Shown: piece by piece, positions 37,416 through 48,713 of the stretch
Layout: every line of letters begins with the position of its first letter
Position numbering within the stretch: position 1 is the first letter of the stretch
NCBI RefSeq assembly: GCF_963921235.1
Contig: NC_086097.1
Location: forward strand, 82,462,001 to 82,526,000
DNA length: 64,000 nucleotides
Reading direction: 5' to 3'
Source of the DNA: Mobula hypostoma
Lineage: Eukaryota
Made by a program: the position numbers and the translations under genes
The notes under the pieces: model-generated
What the model saw: the letters and a program-made list of their open reading frames with translations, nothing else
The model's database searches: none
What the model was told of the DNA's origin: nothing

Positions 37416-38304
37416 TTTGTTTTACTTTGTTTTAAATGCAAACTGATTACTGCTTTCTATTTACATTTTAAGAACTGAAGACTAACTGCCATTAAGTACC
37501 AGAAGTTATACAAAGCAATATTAGTTGAAAGTTCACTTACAAGTGTTTGATCTTACAAGTGACAGCTCTGTGTTTAGAAAACACTTTTTGCAAAAACAAA
37601 ACAAAGAGTGAATATCCATCACAGTCTTCTGGTCTTATGGCTCATGTTCACCCTCCTTGCCCTTTTTTAGGGCAACAGCCAGTTCTTCAGTTTTGCTGAC
37701 ATTGAGCAAGAGGCTGTTGTAGCTGTGAGTTGTAAAATAATTATTACACAACACAGCAGATCTTCTAGAGAATCAAATTCTCCTCTCCACATACTCAAGT
37801 AGTGTTTTATGCGTTTTAAACACAAATTAAACAGTAAATGAATACTTATTTAACTTTACATTTTGAAAACAGACAGATAACTTTTTCCAGGTGTAGATAT
37901 TTTCAATGTGAGCACTTCCAACTGGCAGAACACCTTTAAATATTCTAATACTGGTGGCTAGCCTGAGAGTCTCCAAGCTCAAACTCCAGAATCCTTTATT
38001 TACAGTGTTGGAAAATGGCTCCATGGATATACAAACAGCCAGAATATTAAGTGACAAAGCAGACTTTTCCAGTCTGAGCATTGGAAAATCGCGGGGATAT
38101 GCCTTGTTAATACAGAAGATGGCCACTTAGTGGCCTTTTTGATCTTAATTTGAAGGTTTCAATGACCGAAAGATAACATTAGGACTATTTTCAACAAATA
38201 TTTCCTGAAAACTGGTTCTCATTTTAATGAATAACTGCTATAGTGACACAATTCTACAACTTCTGATTCCATAACACTCGTCATTTCTCACATTGAGATG
38301 CACA

Positions 38305-38635
38305 GGGTGTCACAGTAGTGTAGTGGTTAGCACAGTGCTTTACAGCACAGGCTGTAAGATCAGGGTTCAATTCCCACCACTGTCTGTAAGGAACCTATAT
38401 ATTATCCCTGTGACCAAGTCAGTTTCCTCTGGTGCTCCGGTTTCCTCTCACATTCCAAAGATATACGAATTAGGATTAGTAAATTCTGGGCATGCTACGC
38501 TGGTGTTGAAGGTGATGCTATGGTGACACTTGCAAGCTGCCCTAGCATATTCCCAACACAAGTTATGCATTTCACTGTATGTTTTAGTGTTTCAATGTAC
38601 TACATACGTGACAAATAAAAGCTAATCTAATCTAA
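38305..38635 (+). mobile_element. V-SINE
   Basis: A and B boxes (tagtgtagtgg, ggttcaattcc), V-domain, (TCTAA) tail. Confidence 0.75.
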
Positions 38636-40027
38636 AACAGACATTTCCTTCTTGGTTGGTGTCCACCTGAGTTCCTTATTAAGCTTATTTTATTGTTCTA
38701 TTTGGAATTGAATTAAGAGTTGTAGGAACCAACACTTGACAGTTAAGTAAAGACAATCTATGATGTGATCAAAGAAATAAATACTGAGTAGCAGTGAAAC
38801 ATTGTATGATCTCTTAAATTTGAATTGTAATTATTTATTATCAGACCAAGCCTTTTTTAATGAAAAATATTAGGGATGCACTCTTTTATCAATCACTGCT
38901 GTTGCTCAAGTTATCAGATGCCCTAAGTTACAAACGAACAAAAGCATACTGTGTGTATGATGAGACACAGTTATTAATCTTCAGGCCACCTGACATCTAT
39001 TAGGCAGCAAGCCAAGCACACCAGGGGAAAGTGTTGTGCAGTTCAAAACCCATGATCTACCTTTCTTGTGTATATAAAGAGCTTTTAGGCAGTCATCTGA
39101 AAGAATGTTTTATCTTGCCACAAAAGCACAATAATAATTTTTTTTTCCCAGTCTTTTAAGTATTTCTGTCTTCAGCTTCTTCTCCTCTGCTGTCAGATTT
39201 AGGAACCAGACACCTCTTTCACCTACTCTTCCTAGTTCTGTTGCCATATCCTTAATCCTATCTCTTCCAGTATTGCCACTGTAGCATTTATTTTTTCACT
39301 TATCACAGACTGCATTTCTTTTTTGCCATCTCGTCACTATTTATTGTTGCATTTTTAAAAATTACTATTAGCCTCAAGCAAGCAAGGAATTTAATTGTTC
39401 TTGGGTATATATGACAACAGACTACCCTAAATGTGAATCTGAAGTATGTTGGAAAGTTCTGAGGATATGAAGGGCACTTTAGTTGTAGTTGTAGATTTGT
39501 TCCGCACTCTGTTTCGACCATCCACACATTATGCCCAGCATACTGATTTCAAGTGACATGATGCAAAGACCTTCGCAAACATAGAGATTTGTGGCTTTTA
39601 CAAGCTATCTACAACAGCCATTACATTCAATTAATTTGCACACTGCTACTCTGACCAGGAAAAAATGCACTGAATTCCATAGTTTTTATAAGCAGTTATC
39701 GGAGACATTGGTGCAGCAATGGCTCCTGAACTAACTAATGTGTTCATTCAGGTTTTCCAACATTCCTTTCCCTGAAACTGGTGTCAGTTGATCCAAATGA
39801 CTGCAGGAAGTAGCATGTCTATAGTTACTCCGAAACAGTTCACTTTGTTTGTGAAGGGACTCGTAAAGGCCATTAACTGAAGGCATAGCGCGCATACCTG
39901 GTAATCAGAAAGAAGTGAGGTTAACCCTGCAAGTGTTGGGAACATTCTGCAGGTCACACAATGTCTATGAAAGGAGAAGTAGAGGCAATGTTTCAAGGCC
40001 ATGACATTTTGTCGGAAGGAGAAGTTA

Positions 40028-41170
40028 GTCATGGTCATAGTCATACTTTATTGATCCCGAGGGAAATTGGGTTTTGTTACTGTTGCACCAACCAAGAATA
40101 GAGTATAAATATAGCAATATAAAACCATAAATAATTAATTAGTAATATGTAAATTATGCCAGGAAGTAAGTCCAGGACCAGCCTATAGGCTCAGGGTGTC
40201 TGACCCTCCAAGGGAGGAGTTGTAAAGTTTGATGGCCACAGGCAGGAATGACTTCCTATGACGCTCAGTGTTGCATATCAGTGGAATGAGTCTCTGGCTG
40301 AATGTACTCCTGTGCCCACCCAGTACATTATGTAGTGGGTGGGAGATGTTGTCCAAGATGGCATGCAACTTGGACAGCATCCTCTTTTCAGACACCACCG
40401 TCAGAGAGTCCAGTTCCATCCCCACAACATCACTGGCCTTACGAATGAGTTTGTTGATTCTGTTGGTGTCTGCTACCCTCAGCCTGCTGCCCCAGCACAC
40501 AACAGCAAACATGATAGCACTGGCCACCACAGACTCATAAAACATCCTCAGCATCGTCCGGCAGATGTTAAAGGACCTCAGTCTCCTCAGGAAATAGAGA
40601 CGGCTCTGACCCTTCTTGTTGACAGCCTCTGTGTTCTTTGACCAGTCCAGTTTATTGTCAATTTGTATCCCCAGGTATTTGTAATCCTCCACCATGTCCA
40701 CACTGACCCCCTGGATGGAAACAGGGGTCACCGGTGCCTTAGCCCTCCTCAGGTCCACCACCAGCTCCTTAGTCTTTTTCACATTAAGCTGCAGATAATT
40801 CTGGTCACACCATGTTTTAAAGTTTCCTACCGAAGCCCTGTACTCAGCCTCATCTCCCTCGCTGATGCATCCAACTATGGCAGAGTCACCCGAAAACTTC
40901 TGAAGATGGCAAGACTCTGTGCAGTAGTTGAAGTCCGAGGTGTAAATGGTGAAGAGAAAGGGAGACAAGACTGTGGAGCCCCAGTGCTGCTGATCACTCT
41001 GTCGGACACACAGTGTTGCAAGCACACGTACTGTGGTCTGCCGGTCAGGTAATCAATAATCCATGACGCCAGGAAAGCATCCACCTGCATCGCTGTCAGC
41101 TTCTCTCCCAGCAGAGCAGGGCGGATGGTGTTGAACGCACTGGAGAAGTCAAAAAACATGACCCTCACAG
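40028..41170 (-). mobile_element. Rex1 LINE, 5'-truncated, frameshifted RT
   Basis: VRVMFFDFSSAFNTI, LSPFLFTIYTSD, KFSGDSAIVG (decayed xxDD) and KKGQSRLYFLRRLRSF; (ATGACT)n tail. Confidence 0.9.
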
Positions 41171-42408
41171 TTATCAGAGATATTATACTTTTTGAGCCAA
41201 AGCAGAAGAAATGTAACATCAAGATCTCATCTCCTCCACTACCTCATCTTCCCTGCTCACACATCTCTAGCCAGTCAACTTTCCTTGCTTTCTACACTTG
41301 CTCAGAAACCTTTAAGTTTCAAATACCTCCAAGTTCTGATAAAAGCTCACTGAACTGCAATCTGCCCTAATTCTGACATCTCTGTTATTATTTCAGATTT
41401 ACAGTATCCTCATTATTTTCATTGAAGAAATGAAACTTTTATCTGGGAAAGAACATCATGTACCTTTTATCTGAAATCCTTTGCAAGGACAAGAACTCCA
41501 TTTGGTTTTCGTTCTTATGACAATCATAAAGTGCATTGCAAAATTGGGAATTATGTATAGCTTTTTGTTATCTCTTCTATATTACTTTAGTTATTATCTA
41601 TGTAACGCCCTTTGCCCCACTGACTCCCGTTGCCTAGGGTGAATAGCCATCGACCCTGCCAACCAGTACAAATGCTTTGGTGCAGATAAGGTGTGAGTCC
41701 AATGATCAGCCACGACACAAATATGAAACAATATACAAAGTGCGAGTAAAGAATTATATTTTATAGCAAATTTTTGGTGATGGGTTAGTAGCAAAAACTA
41801 AAAGAAAAGGTGCCACATAAGTAACTTATCAGTCTTGTGCACATAATATTTTATTTATTTTTTTTTTAATTTTATTTTTATTTGGATAAGGAATTCACAA
41901 TTATCATGTACTTTTTTCACACATATAACCTTTTCCATTTTTTTATATGTATAAAACTACAATTATTTCTACATTCTTAAGTACACATTGAGATGATATA
42001 AAAGGAAAATAAACATTTAAATAGATAATTATGTACTGTGGTAAATCTAACCTATTAGGCTAAGTAATGAAATTAGTTGTTAAGAAAAATGGTAATAATA
42101 GTTTCCATACAACCCTTCTGGACCATTTCCACTGGTCCAAAATGTTGCATACAAGCCTATATACCAACCATTGTAGGTGTTTATATCCCAATTTGTTCGT
42201 GCTTGTTCCTGCCCGCAGACATAATTATCCAATCCCTATGTACTTATTTACTTAATTTTTTCATTTTTTTTTATCCCTTTCCCAAATCTTTCCCTTTACT
42301 TGTGTTAATTCTCTATTTTCCAAAAAAAAACAAACATTTAGACTAGGGGTGCTTACGTTAGCAATATTACTGTGTTGATGAGAAGAGCAATATAAATCAT
42401 TAGGAGAG

Positions 42409-45400
42409 TCATCTAAAGTCTGCTCGCATTGGGGTTATATATTCAATCCATTTATTCCAGATTTGATAAAATGTTTCTTTTTGAGTTCTCAGGGAGTAAG
42501 TCAACTTTTCCATTTTAAATATTTCCAAGATAATTTCGTACCAATCTTCTAATGTAGGTGGTATTGGATTTAGCCATTTTCTAGTGATTGATTTCTTACT
42601 TGCCACTAAGAGGGCCTGCAGCAACTTTATATCTTCCTTCTGTTCAAGGATCAATACATGCCCCAAAGAGAGCATCTCAAAGTTCAGAGGTATCTGGGAC
42701 CTAAGTACCTTAACAAATGTTCTATGAATACCTTCCCAAAATAGACTTAATTTAGGGCAATCCCAGAAAATATGAAAATGATTTGCCTCCTTGGAGCCGC
42801 ACCTTCTCCAACACATCACATTTGTATCTTTATATTTTTCCTGATATGGGGTCTTGAAGTATCTTATAATGTTTTTCCAACAATGTTCTCTCCAAGTCAA
42901 AGAATTAGTCGAGGACCATTGAAAGCTGCAGATTTTCCCCCAAGCCTCCTCTGAAAGTACCAACCCCGCTTCTTTCTCCCACTTCTCTTTAATATACAGT
43001 GTATTTACATTTTTAGCATGGGAGAGTGCATTATATAGGTGAGAAACTGATTTACTAGGTATTGAACTGCAAGCTGAATTCAGAATCTTGAAAAATTCTA
43101 ATTCTACTGTTGATAGGTCTGTACATCTACAACTCTGGTTAACATAGTTTCGTATTTGAAGGTACCTAAAAAAGTCATTATGTTCTAGGCCATGTTTGTC
43201 CTGCAGGATTTGGAAACTTTGTAATACTCTTTTATCTATAAATGAGAGGTAGGTTGTAAGACCTTTCTTTATCCATAGCTCAAATCTTTTATCTCCTCTG
43301 TTGGGAAGGAATTCGGTATCATATGCACACCATCTAAAGAGTTTTAACATGTTATTAATTCCACATGAATTAACCACCTTCTGCCATACTTTTAATGTAA
43401 GATTTATCCAAGCATTATTAAATTTTTCCAACTGGGCCATCAATCCTTTGTCAGCTATTGAGGCCTGAAGAGGAAAACTGTCAACTAATCCAAATTCTAT
43501 TTCCTTCCATCTAGCCTTATATTCCCTATTACACCAATATAACAGAGGGGTTATCTGTGAGGCATAAAAATAATTTCTCAGGCAAGGAAGAACCATACCT
43601 CCTCCTTCCTTCCCTAACTGTAAGGTGTTATATCGAATTCTAGGTTTCCTTCCTTGCCAAATGAAGCGGGAAATCCATTTGTCCCATTCCTTGAATTGAT
43701 TATCATCCACCTCCACTGGTAAAGTACGGAAAAGATATAATAACCGAGGAAGAATATTCATTTTTATAGTATTTATCCTTGAATTTAAACTTAAAAAGGG
43801 GATAAGATTCCATCTATGCATATCTGCTTTTATCTCTGAGATTAATGGCCCATAATTTACCTGTGACAGTGTTGAAAGATCCTTCGGCAGGGTTATTCCT
43901 AAATATTTTAATGATTTAGCTTCCCACTTCAGATCGTATATATCCTGCAATTTTTTGGATGGTGTATAATTTAGGGACATAACCTGCGTTTTCTTTACAT
44001 TTATTTTATAACCTGATATTTTCCCAAAGTCATCCAACAGTGTAAACAATCCTATAAATGATTTTTCTGGTTCACTCAGATAGACCAAAACATCATCTGC
44101 GAATAACGCCACTTTCTGTTCAATCCCTGCCACCTTGATACCTTTTACGATTTCGCTCTGTCTTATTAGTTGGGCAAGTGGTTCAATATATAGCGCAAAA
44201 AGGAGAGGAGAAATTGGGCATCCCTGTCTAGTGCCTCTCTCTAAAATGAAGGAGTCAGAGAGGTCCCCATTTATCTTAATTCGGGCTGTAGGGCTGTCAT
44301 ATAGAGTCTGAATTACTTTAATAAACCTTTCTTGAAAGCCGAATCTTCCTAACACTCTGTACAGGAATGCCCAACTAACCGAATCAAAAGCTTTCTCAGC
44401 GTCCAATCCTACTACCATTGTCTCTGTCTCGTTCTTATTAACCTGTTCTAATATGTGCAGAGTTCTCCTTATGTTGTCCTGTGTTTGTCTTTGTTGAATA
44501 AATCCAGTCTGGTCTAAATGGATTAGGCCAGGTAAAAGCTTTTCCAATCTGTGCGCTAATATAGATGTAAATAGTTTGTAATCTAAATTAAGAACACTAA
44601 TTGGCCGATAATTGCCACATTCTAGTTTATCTTTACCCTCTTTAGGAATAACTGAAATAATCGCTTCTCTCCAGGAAGGTGGAGTTTCTCCTCTCTGCAA
44701 GATCCAATTAAAGGTGTTAAGTAGTAATGGGGCTAATTGTGTCTTCAGGGACTTGTACCACTCTGAGGTAAACCCATCAGAACCCGGGGACTTTCCAGCC
44801 TTTAACCTAGAGATGGCCACGTTCAGTTCTTTGACAGTTACTGGTTCTAATAAACTTTCATTTTGTAAATCTGTAAGTTTAGGTAGATCTAAAAAATTCA
44901 ATACACTGTCTATATAGGGCTCATTGGGGGCCCGGGGTTGGGAGTACAGCTCTCGATAATATGTTTCAAAACTCTCTTGAATTTTCCCTATTGTACTCTC
45001 CACAAGCTTTGTCTTTGCATTCTTTATTTTATGAATTGTATTGTCTGCTTGTTGTTTTCGTAATTTATATGCTAATAATCTAGCTGATTTACCTCCTACT
45101 TCATAATTCTTTTGTCTCAGGTAAAGAAAATTTCTTTGAGTTTCCAACGTATAAATATCATCAATTTCACTTTGCAATTTCCTAATTTCCTGTTTTCGAT
45201 TTGAATTACTTTTGTTGCTATCTACAACTTGAAGTTGTTTTAATTTTCCTTGAAGGTCTGCTAATTTTTGTGCATTGATTTTTTTCATGTGAGTAGTAAT
45301 GGAAATAATTTTCCCTCTCAGTACAGCTTTCAATGTATCCCATAAAATCACTGGTGATGTTTCTCCCGTGTCATTAAGGTCTAGATATTCTTTGATTTCT

Positions 45401-46197
45401 CCCCTTAATCTCTCCATTACTTTCGGGTTATTGAGTATATGTGAGTTTAGCCTCCATAGTGTTTTCCTCATTTTCCTTTCCAGGATTAGAGACATAGAGA
45501 CTGGGCTATGATCCGACAGATCAATTGTTGCAATATTACAGTTTTTTATCCTGAGTCTATCTGTAGTAAAGATAAAGAAATAGTCTATCCTTGAATAGGC
45601 TGAATGAGGGAAAGAGTAATATGTATAACCTTTACTAGTAGGGTGTAATTCCCTCCAGACATCTATAATTCCCAACTCCTCCATCAATGAATTCACGTTC
45701 CGAGTCAGAGGTTTATTCTGAGTAACTATTCTTGAAGAATCTAATATAGGATTTAATCTAATATTAAAATCCCCTCCACAAATTACTACCCCTCGAGAAC
45801 TGACCATTAGGTCAAAAATGTGTCTATAAAATGACCATTCACTACCTGGAGGAGCATAAACATTCAGCAATGTTATTTCTGTACCTTCTATTCTTCCTGT
45901 GATTTTTACAAACCGTCCTTCTTTGTCTCTAGTCTCTGAAATATGTTCATAATTAAGAGTACTTGATATTAAAGTAGCTACCCCTCTTTTGTGACTCAAT
46001 TTATATGATGAATAAAATACATGCTTAAAGCCCATTCTTTTTAATTTTCCATGTTCAGATTGGCTCATATGTGTTTCCTGGAGGAAAGCTATTTGTGCCC
46101 TCTCTTTTTTCAATTTAGACATAATCTTATTTCTTTTAATTGGATTCAAAACCCCATTAACATTATAGGAAATTATTTTTACCAATTCAGTTTGCAT
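42409..46197 (-). CDS. L1 ORF2p (APE endonuclease, RT, C-terminal Cys/His domain), 1262 aa, intact
   Basis: SYNVNG, LQETH, GGDFN, SRIDYF, SDH; YRPISVLN, QGCPISP, FADD; CWRRC...HFHIFWDC. Confidence 0.97.
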   Translation of the reverse strand: MQTELVKIISYNVNGVLNPIKRNKIMSKLKKERAQIAFLQETHMSQSEHGKLKRMGFKHVFYSSYKLSHKRGVATLISSTLNYEHISETRDKEGRFVKITGRIEGTEITLLNVYAPPGSEWSFYRHIFDLMVSSRGVVICGGDFNIRLNPILDSSRIVTQNKPLTRNVNSLMEELGIIDVWRELHPTSKGYTYYSFPHSAYSRIDYFFIFTTDRLRIKNCNIATIDLSDHSPVSMSLILERKMRKTLWRLNSHILNNPKVMERLRGEIKEYLDLNDTGETSPVILWDTLKAVLRGKIISITTHMKKINAQKLADLQGKLKQLQVVDSNKSNSNRKQEIRKLQSEIDDIYTLETQRNFLYLRQKNYEVGGKSARLLAYKLRKQQADNTIHKIKNAKTKLVESTIGKIQESFETYYRELYSQPRAPNEPYIDSVLNFLDLPKLTDLQNESLLEPVTVKELNVAISRLKAGKSPGSDGFTSEWYKSLKTQLAPLLLNTFNWILQRGETPPSWREAIISVIPKEGKDKLECGNYRPISVLNLDYKLFTSILAHRLEKLLPGLIHLDQTGFIQQRQTQDNIRRTLHILEQVNKNETETMVVGLDAEKAFDSVSWAFLYRVLGRFGFQERFIKVIQTLYDSPTARIKINGDLSDSFILERGTRQGCPISPLLFALYIEPLAQLIRQSEIVKGIKVAGIEQKVALFADDVLVYLSEPEKSFIGLFTLLDDFGKISGYKINVKKTQVMSLNYTPSKKLQDIYDLKWEAKSLKYLGITLPKDLSTLSQVNYGPLISEIKADMHRWNLIPFLSLNSRINTIKMNILPRLLYLFRTLPVEVDDNQFKEWDKWISRFIWQGRKPRIRYNTLQLGKEGGGMVLPCLRNYFYASQITPLLYWCNREYKARWKEIEFGLVDSFPLQASIADKGLMAQLEKFNNAWINLTLKVWQKVVNSCGINNMLKLFRWCAYDTEFLPNRGDKRFELWIKKGLTTYLSFIDKRVLQSFQILQDKHGLEHNDFFRYLQIRNYVNQSCRCTDLSTVELEFFKILNSACSSIPSKSVSHLYNALSHAKNVNTLYIKEKWEKEAGLVLSEEAWGKICSFQWSSTNSLTWREHCWKNIIRYFKTPYQEKYKDTNVMCWRRCGSKEANHFHIFWDCPKLSLFWEGIHRTFVKVLRSQIPLNFEMLSLGHVLILEQKEDIKLLQALLVASKKSITRKWLNPIPPTLEDWYEIILEIFKMEKLTYSLRTQKETFYQIWNKWIEYITPMRADFR

Positions 46198-46559
46198 TTT
46201 TCTCTAGTAGAAAAAAAGCACTCTCCTTTTCTAACCAAACAGTAAGCAATCCCTTCTCAACAGTAAACCAAGACATATAACCACACCCTAGACATTTCTG
46301 AACGTATAACATTTGAAAATTTTTCCCGACTTCCCACAGTGAGGCCTGAGCACCGACCTGCCTCAGTTCAGAGGGATAACCTCTATCTTCACCCTGTGTT
46401 AGAGGGCCCTCAGCAGTTTGAATAATCATAGAGAATTTTCTCCTATTTATGTCTCGACCATATTGCTATCATTCAAGTTATTCCGCCTAGTTTATTTTCA
46501 GTTACCAGTTTTCATTTTACTTTTAAGTCCGATTTACTCTTTTCAGTCATTTCTCTTAA

Positions 46560-47546
46560 TTAATCTGTATTCTCTGTACATTCGCGTCTGAATATTTGCA
46601 GCTTTTCCTTGTAGTTTGACACTCTGGTTCGAGTGGAGCGTCCTCGCCCCACTAACTGCCACGACTTCTGCCGAATCCTCTCCAGAAGCGACTCCGGTTG
46701 GGTGATAACTTTAATAGGTAGTCCCCGGTCCGCCAGGTCCAACGTTGCCTCCTCCACCGTAGCGTAAGTTTTTGTCCCTTCGTCGTAAAAGACTCTCAGC
46801 CGAGCTGGATACAGAGTCTGGAATCTGATGTTGTTTTCCTTCAGGACTCTCCGTGTTTCCGTATATTCCTTCCGTCTGGCAAGAATCCCCGGTGCGTAGT
46901 CGTGGTCTAAACTGATTTTGCAGTTGTTCCACAGGAGACCTTTCTTTTGCCATGCTCTTTTAAGCACCTCTTCCTTCGTTCTGTAACTGAGAAATCTGAT
47001 CAGAATCGATCTGGGCTGGGTGCCTGCCGGAGGCTGTGGTGCCAACGCGCGGTGAGCCCTTTCTATCTGTAGGTCTTTTGCGGCCGGTATATCAAGGTTC
47101 TCTCTAAGCAGCTTCTCCACGAAGGGAATCATCAATCCAGGTTTACCTTCGGTTCCTTCAGGAACTCCGTAGATCCTCACATTTTCCCTTCTCGAGCGGC
47201 CTTCTTGATCTATTAGTTTCCACTGGAGCTGGTCTTGTAGCTTCAGCATTTCTGCTATCACTTCCTCGGCGTTTTGTAGCTTCTCTTCAATTCCAACAAT
47301 CCTCGCTTCGGCTTCATCTATCCGCGAGTTAGTTTTTACTATTTCTCCTTTAATATCTTCCAGCTGTTTGCTGTTACCTTGTCGGAACTCGCGAATCTCT
47401 CCGAGAATCAAAGACAGAGTCACCGATTCCCCCTCATTATCTCCGTCCTGGCTTGCCGTGGGGGAGCTAGGCCCGTCGCCTTGCTGCGTCTCATTATGTT
47501 TATCAGCCTTCGAAGCGGACTTTTTATTCTTGTTCTTAGACATCAT
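46560..47546 (-). CDS. L1 ORF1p (coiled coil, RRM, CTD), 328 aa, intact
   Basis: Coiled-coil heptads followed by EGRSRRENVRIYG, IERAHR, RFLSY and YPARL motifs. Confidence 0.95.
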   Translation of the reverse strand: MMSKNKNKKSASKADKHNETQQGDGPSSPTASQDGDNEGESVTLSLILGEIREFRQGNSKQLEDIKGEIVKTNSRIDEAEARIVGIEEKLQNAEEVIAEMLKLQDQLQWKLIDQEGRSRRENVRIYGVPEGTEGKPGLMIPFVEKLLRENLDIPAAKDLQIERAHRALAPQPPAGTQPRSILIRFLSYRTKEEVLKRAWQKKGLLWNNCKISLDHDYAPGILARRKEYTETRRVLKENNIRFQTLYPARLRVFYDEGTKTYATVEEATLDLADRGLPIKVITQPESLLERIRQKSWQLVGRGRSTRTRVSNYKEKLQIFRRECTENTD

Positions 47547-48197
47547 CCTTGCCCCTTTTATTAATATAGTTATGCAATATTAAGTATTTGTCTAAATTCG
47601 ATTTTGGGCAGTTTACCTTCTTTTTTGTTCAGAGACCTTTTCCTTACGCCGCCATTCCCTTGATGACCCGGAAGTCCCCCCCCCCCCCCCCGCACATAAT
47701 ATTTTAATACGTTGGAGCTTACGCCTTCGATTCCATCCACAATGTCCTTCCGAGACTCCGGTCACCTCCCGAACCCCTGAAGTCCGGTATCCGCCGCCCT
47801 GGAACCACTGTCCATTCCCCACATGTTTGTCCTCTCCACTCGCCTCCCGAAAAAAAAACCCACGCTCCTCAACTCAGCACACATATACAAGATGACAGAA
47901 CATGACTTCCATTGGCTAACAAATGAATACAGTTTCCATTATCACAGTGTATAACCCAAACATTGCTGTTACAGAGAACCCCTTGCTCAGCAGTTAACAA
48001 TACGAGAAGCCATTTTAATATAACACCTCAGAGAAGCCATTTTGGTAATAAGCGATTAACAGTTAACAGTCTGCCTAGTATTACTGAGAGCCCTACATAT
48101 AGAATGTGGCTCTATGTGAAGAAAGACAGTCCATGTAAAGATCATGCAAACCAGATTAATAGAAGTAGATCTCTGGTCATTCTACAATGAACCCTTC

Positions 48198-48482
48198 ATG
48201 GTAGCACAGTGGTTTAGCACATCGCTTTACAGTACAGGCGACCAGGGTTCAATTCCTGCCACTATCTGTAAGGAATTTGTACGTTCTCCCCATGGCTTCG
48301 TAGGTTTCCTCAGGGTGTTCCGGTTTCCTCCCACAGTCCAAAGACATACCGGGTTGGTAGGTGAATTGGTCATTGTAAATTGTCCCATGATTAGGCTAGG
48401 ATTAAACTGGGGTTGGCTGGACAGCACGGCTTGAAGGGCCAGGAGAGTCTATTCCACGTTGTATCTCAATAAATAAATAAAT
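48198..48482 (+). mobile_element. V-SINE
   Basis: tRNA-like head, V-domain, (AATA)n tail. Confidence 0.8.
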
Positions 48483-48713
48483 ATGAGTGTTTGTAGTATG
48501 TGAATAACATGGAGTTTCAACCCAAATAACTCCTCAAGCCCGTTTTTCATTCACTGTTGACTAATTATACAGTTCTGGTAATATTAGACACACAGATAGG
48601 ATGGCATGCAATGTTTCAAGCCCATTTACTGCAAACCTGGTCTATTTCCGATTGAGATTCTGCCCCATCAATTATAATGACTTACAGGAGATTCCATGCA
48701 GCGGAATAGTTTA

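Larger units (their letters stand above)
41854..47691 (-). mobile_element. Full-length L1 retrotransposon
   Basis: 15-bp TSD gcacataatatttta at 41839-41853 and 47692-47706; A-rich tail; 5' end G16-ACTTCCGG...ATGGCGGC; two uninterrupted ORFs. Confidence 0.97.
41601..48097 (-). mobile_element. Solo LTR (about 640 bp) split by the L1 insertion
   Basis: Starts tgtaac (41601), ends ccctaca (48097); flanks tcta/tata; blocks aaaaggtgcca, gttggagct and gaagccatttt shared with the other LTRs. Confidence 0.65.

Noticed and set aside
37827..38126. 99-aa ORF and a nearby plus-strand acceptor tttttccag
   Set aside because: All three plus frames after the acceptor stop quickly; no recognisable protein
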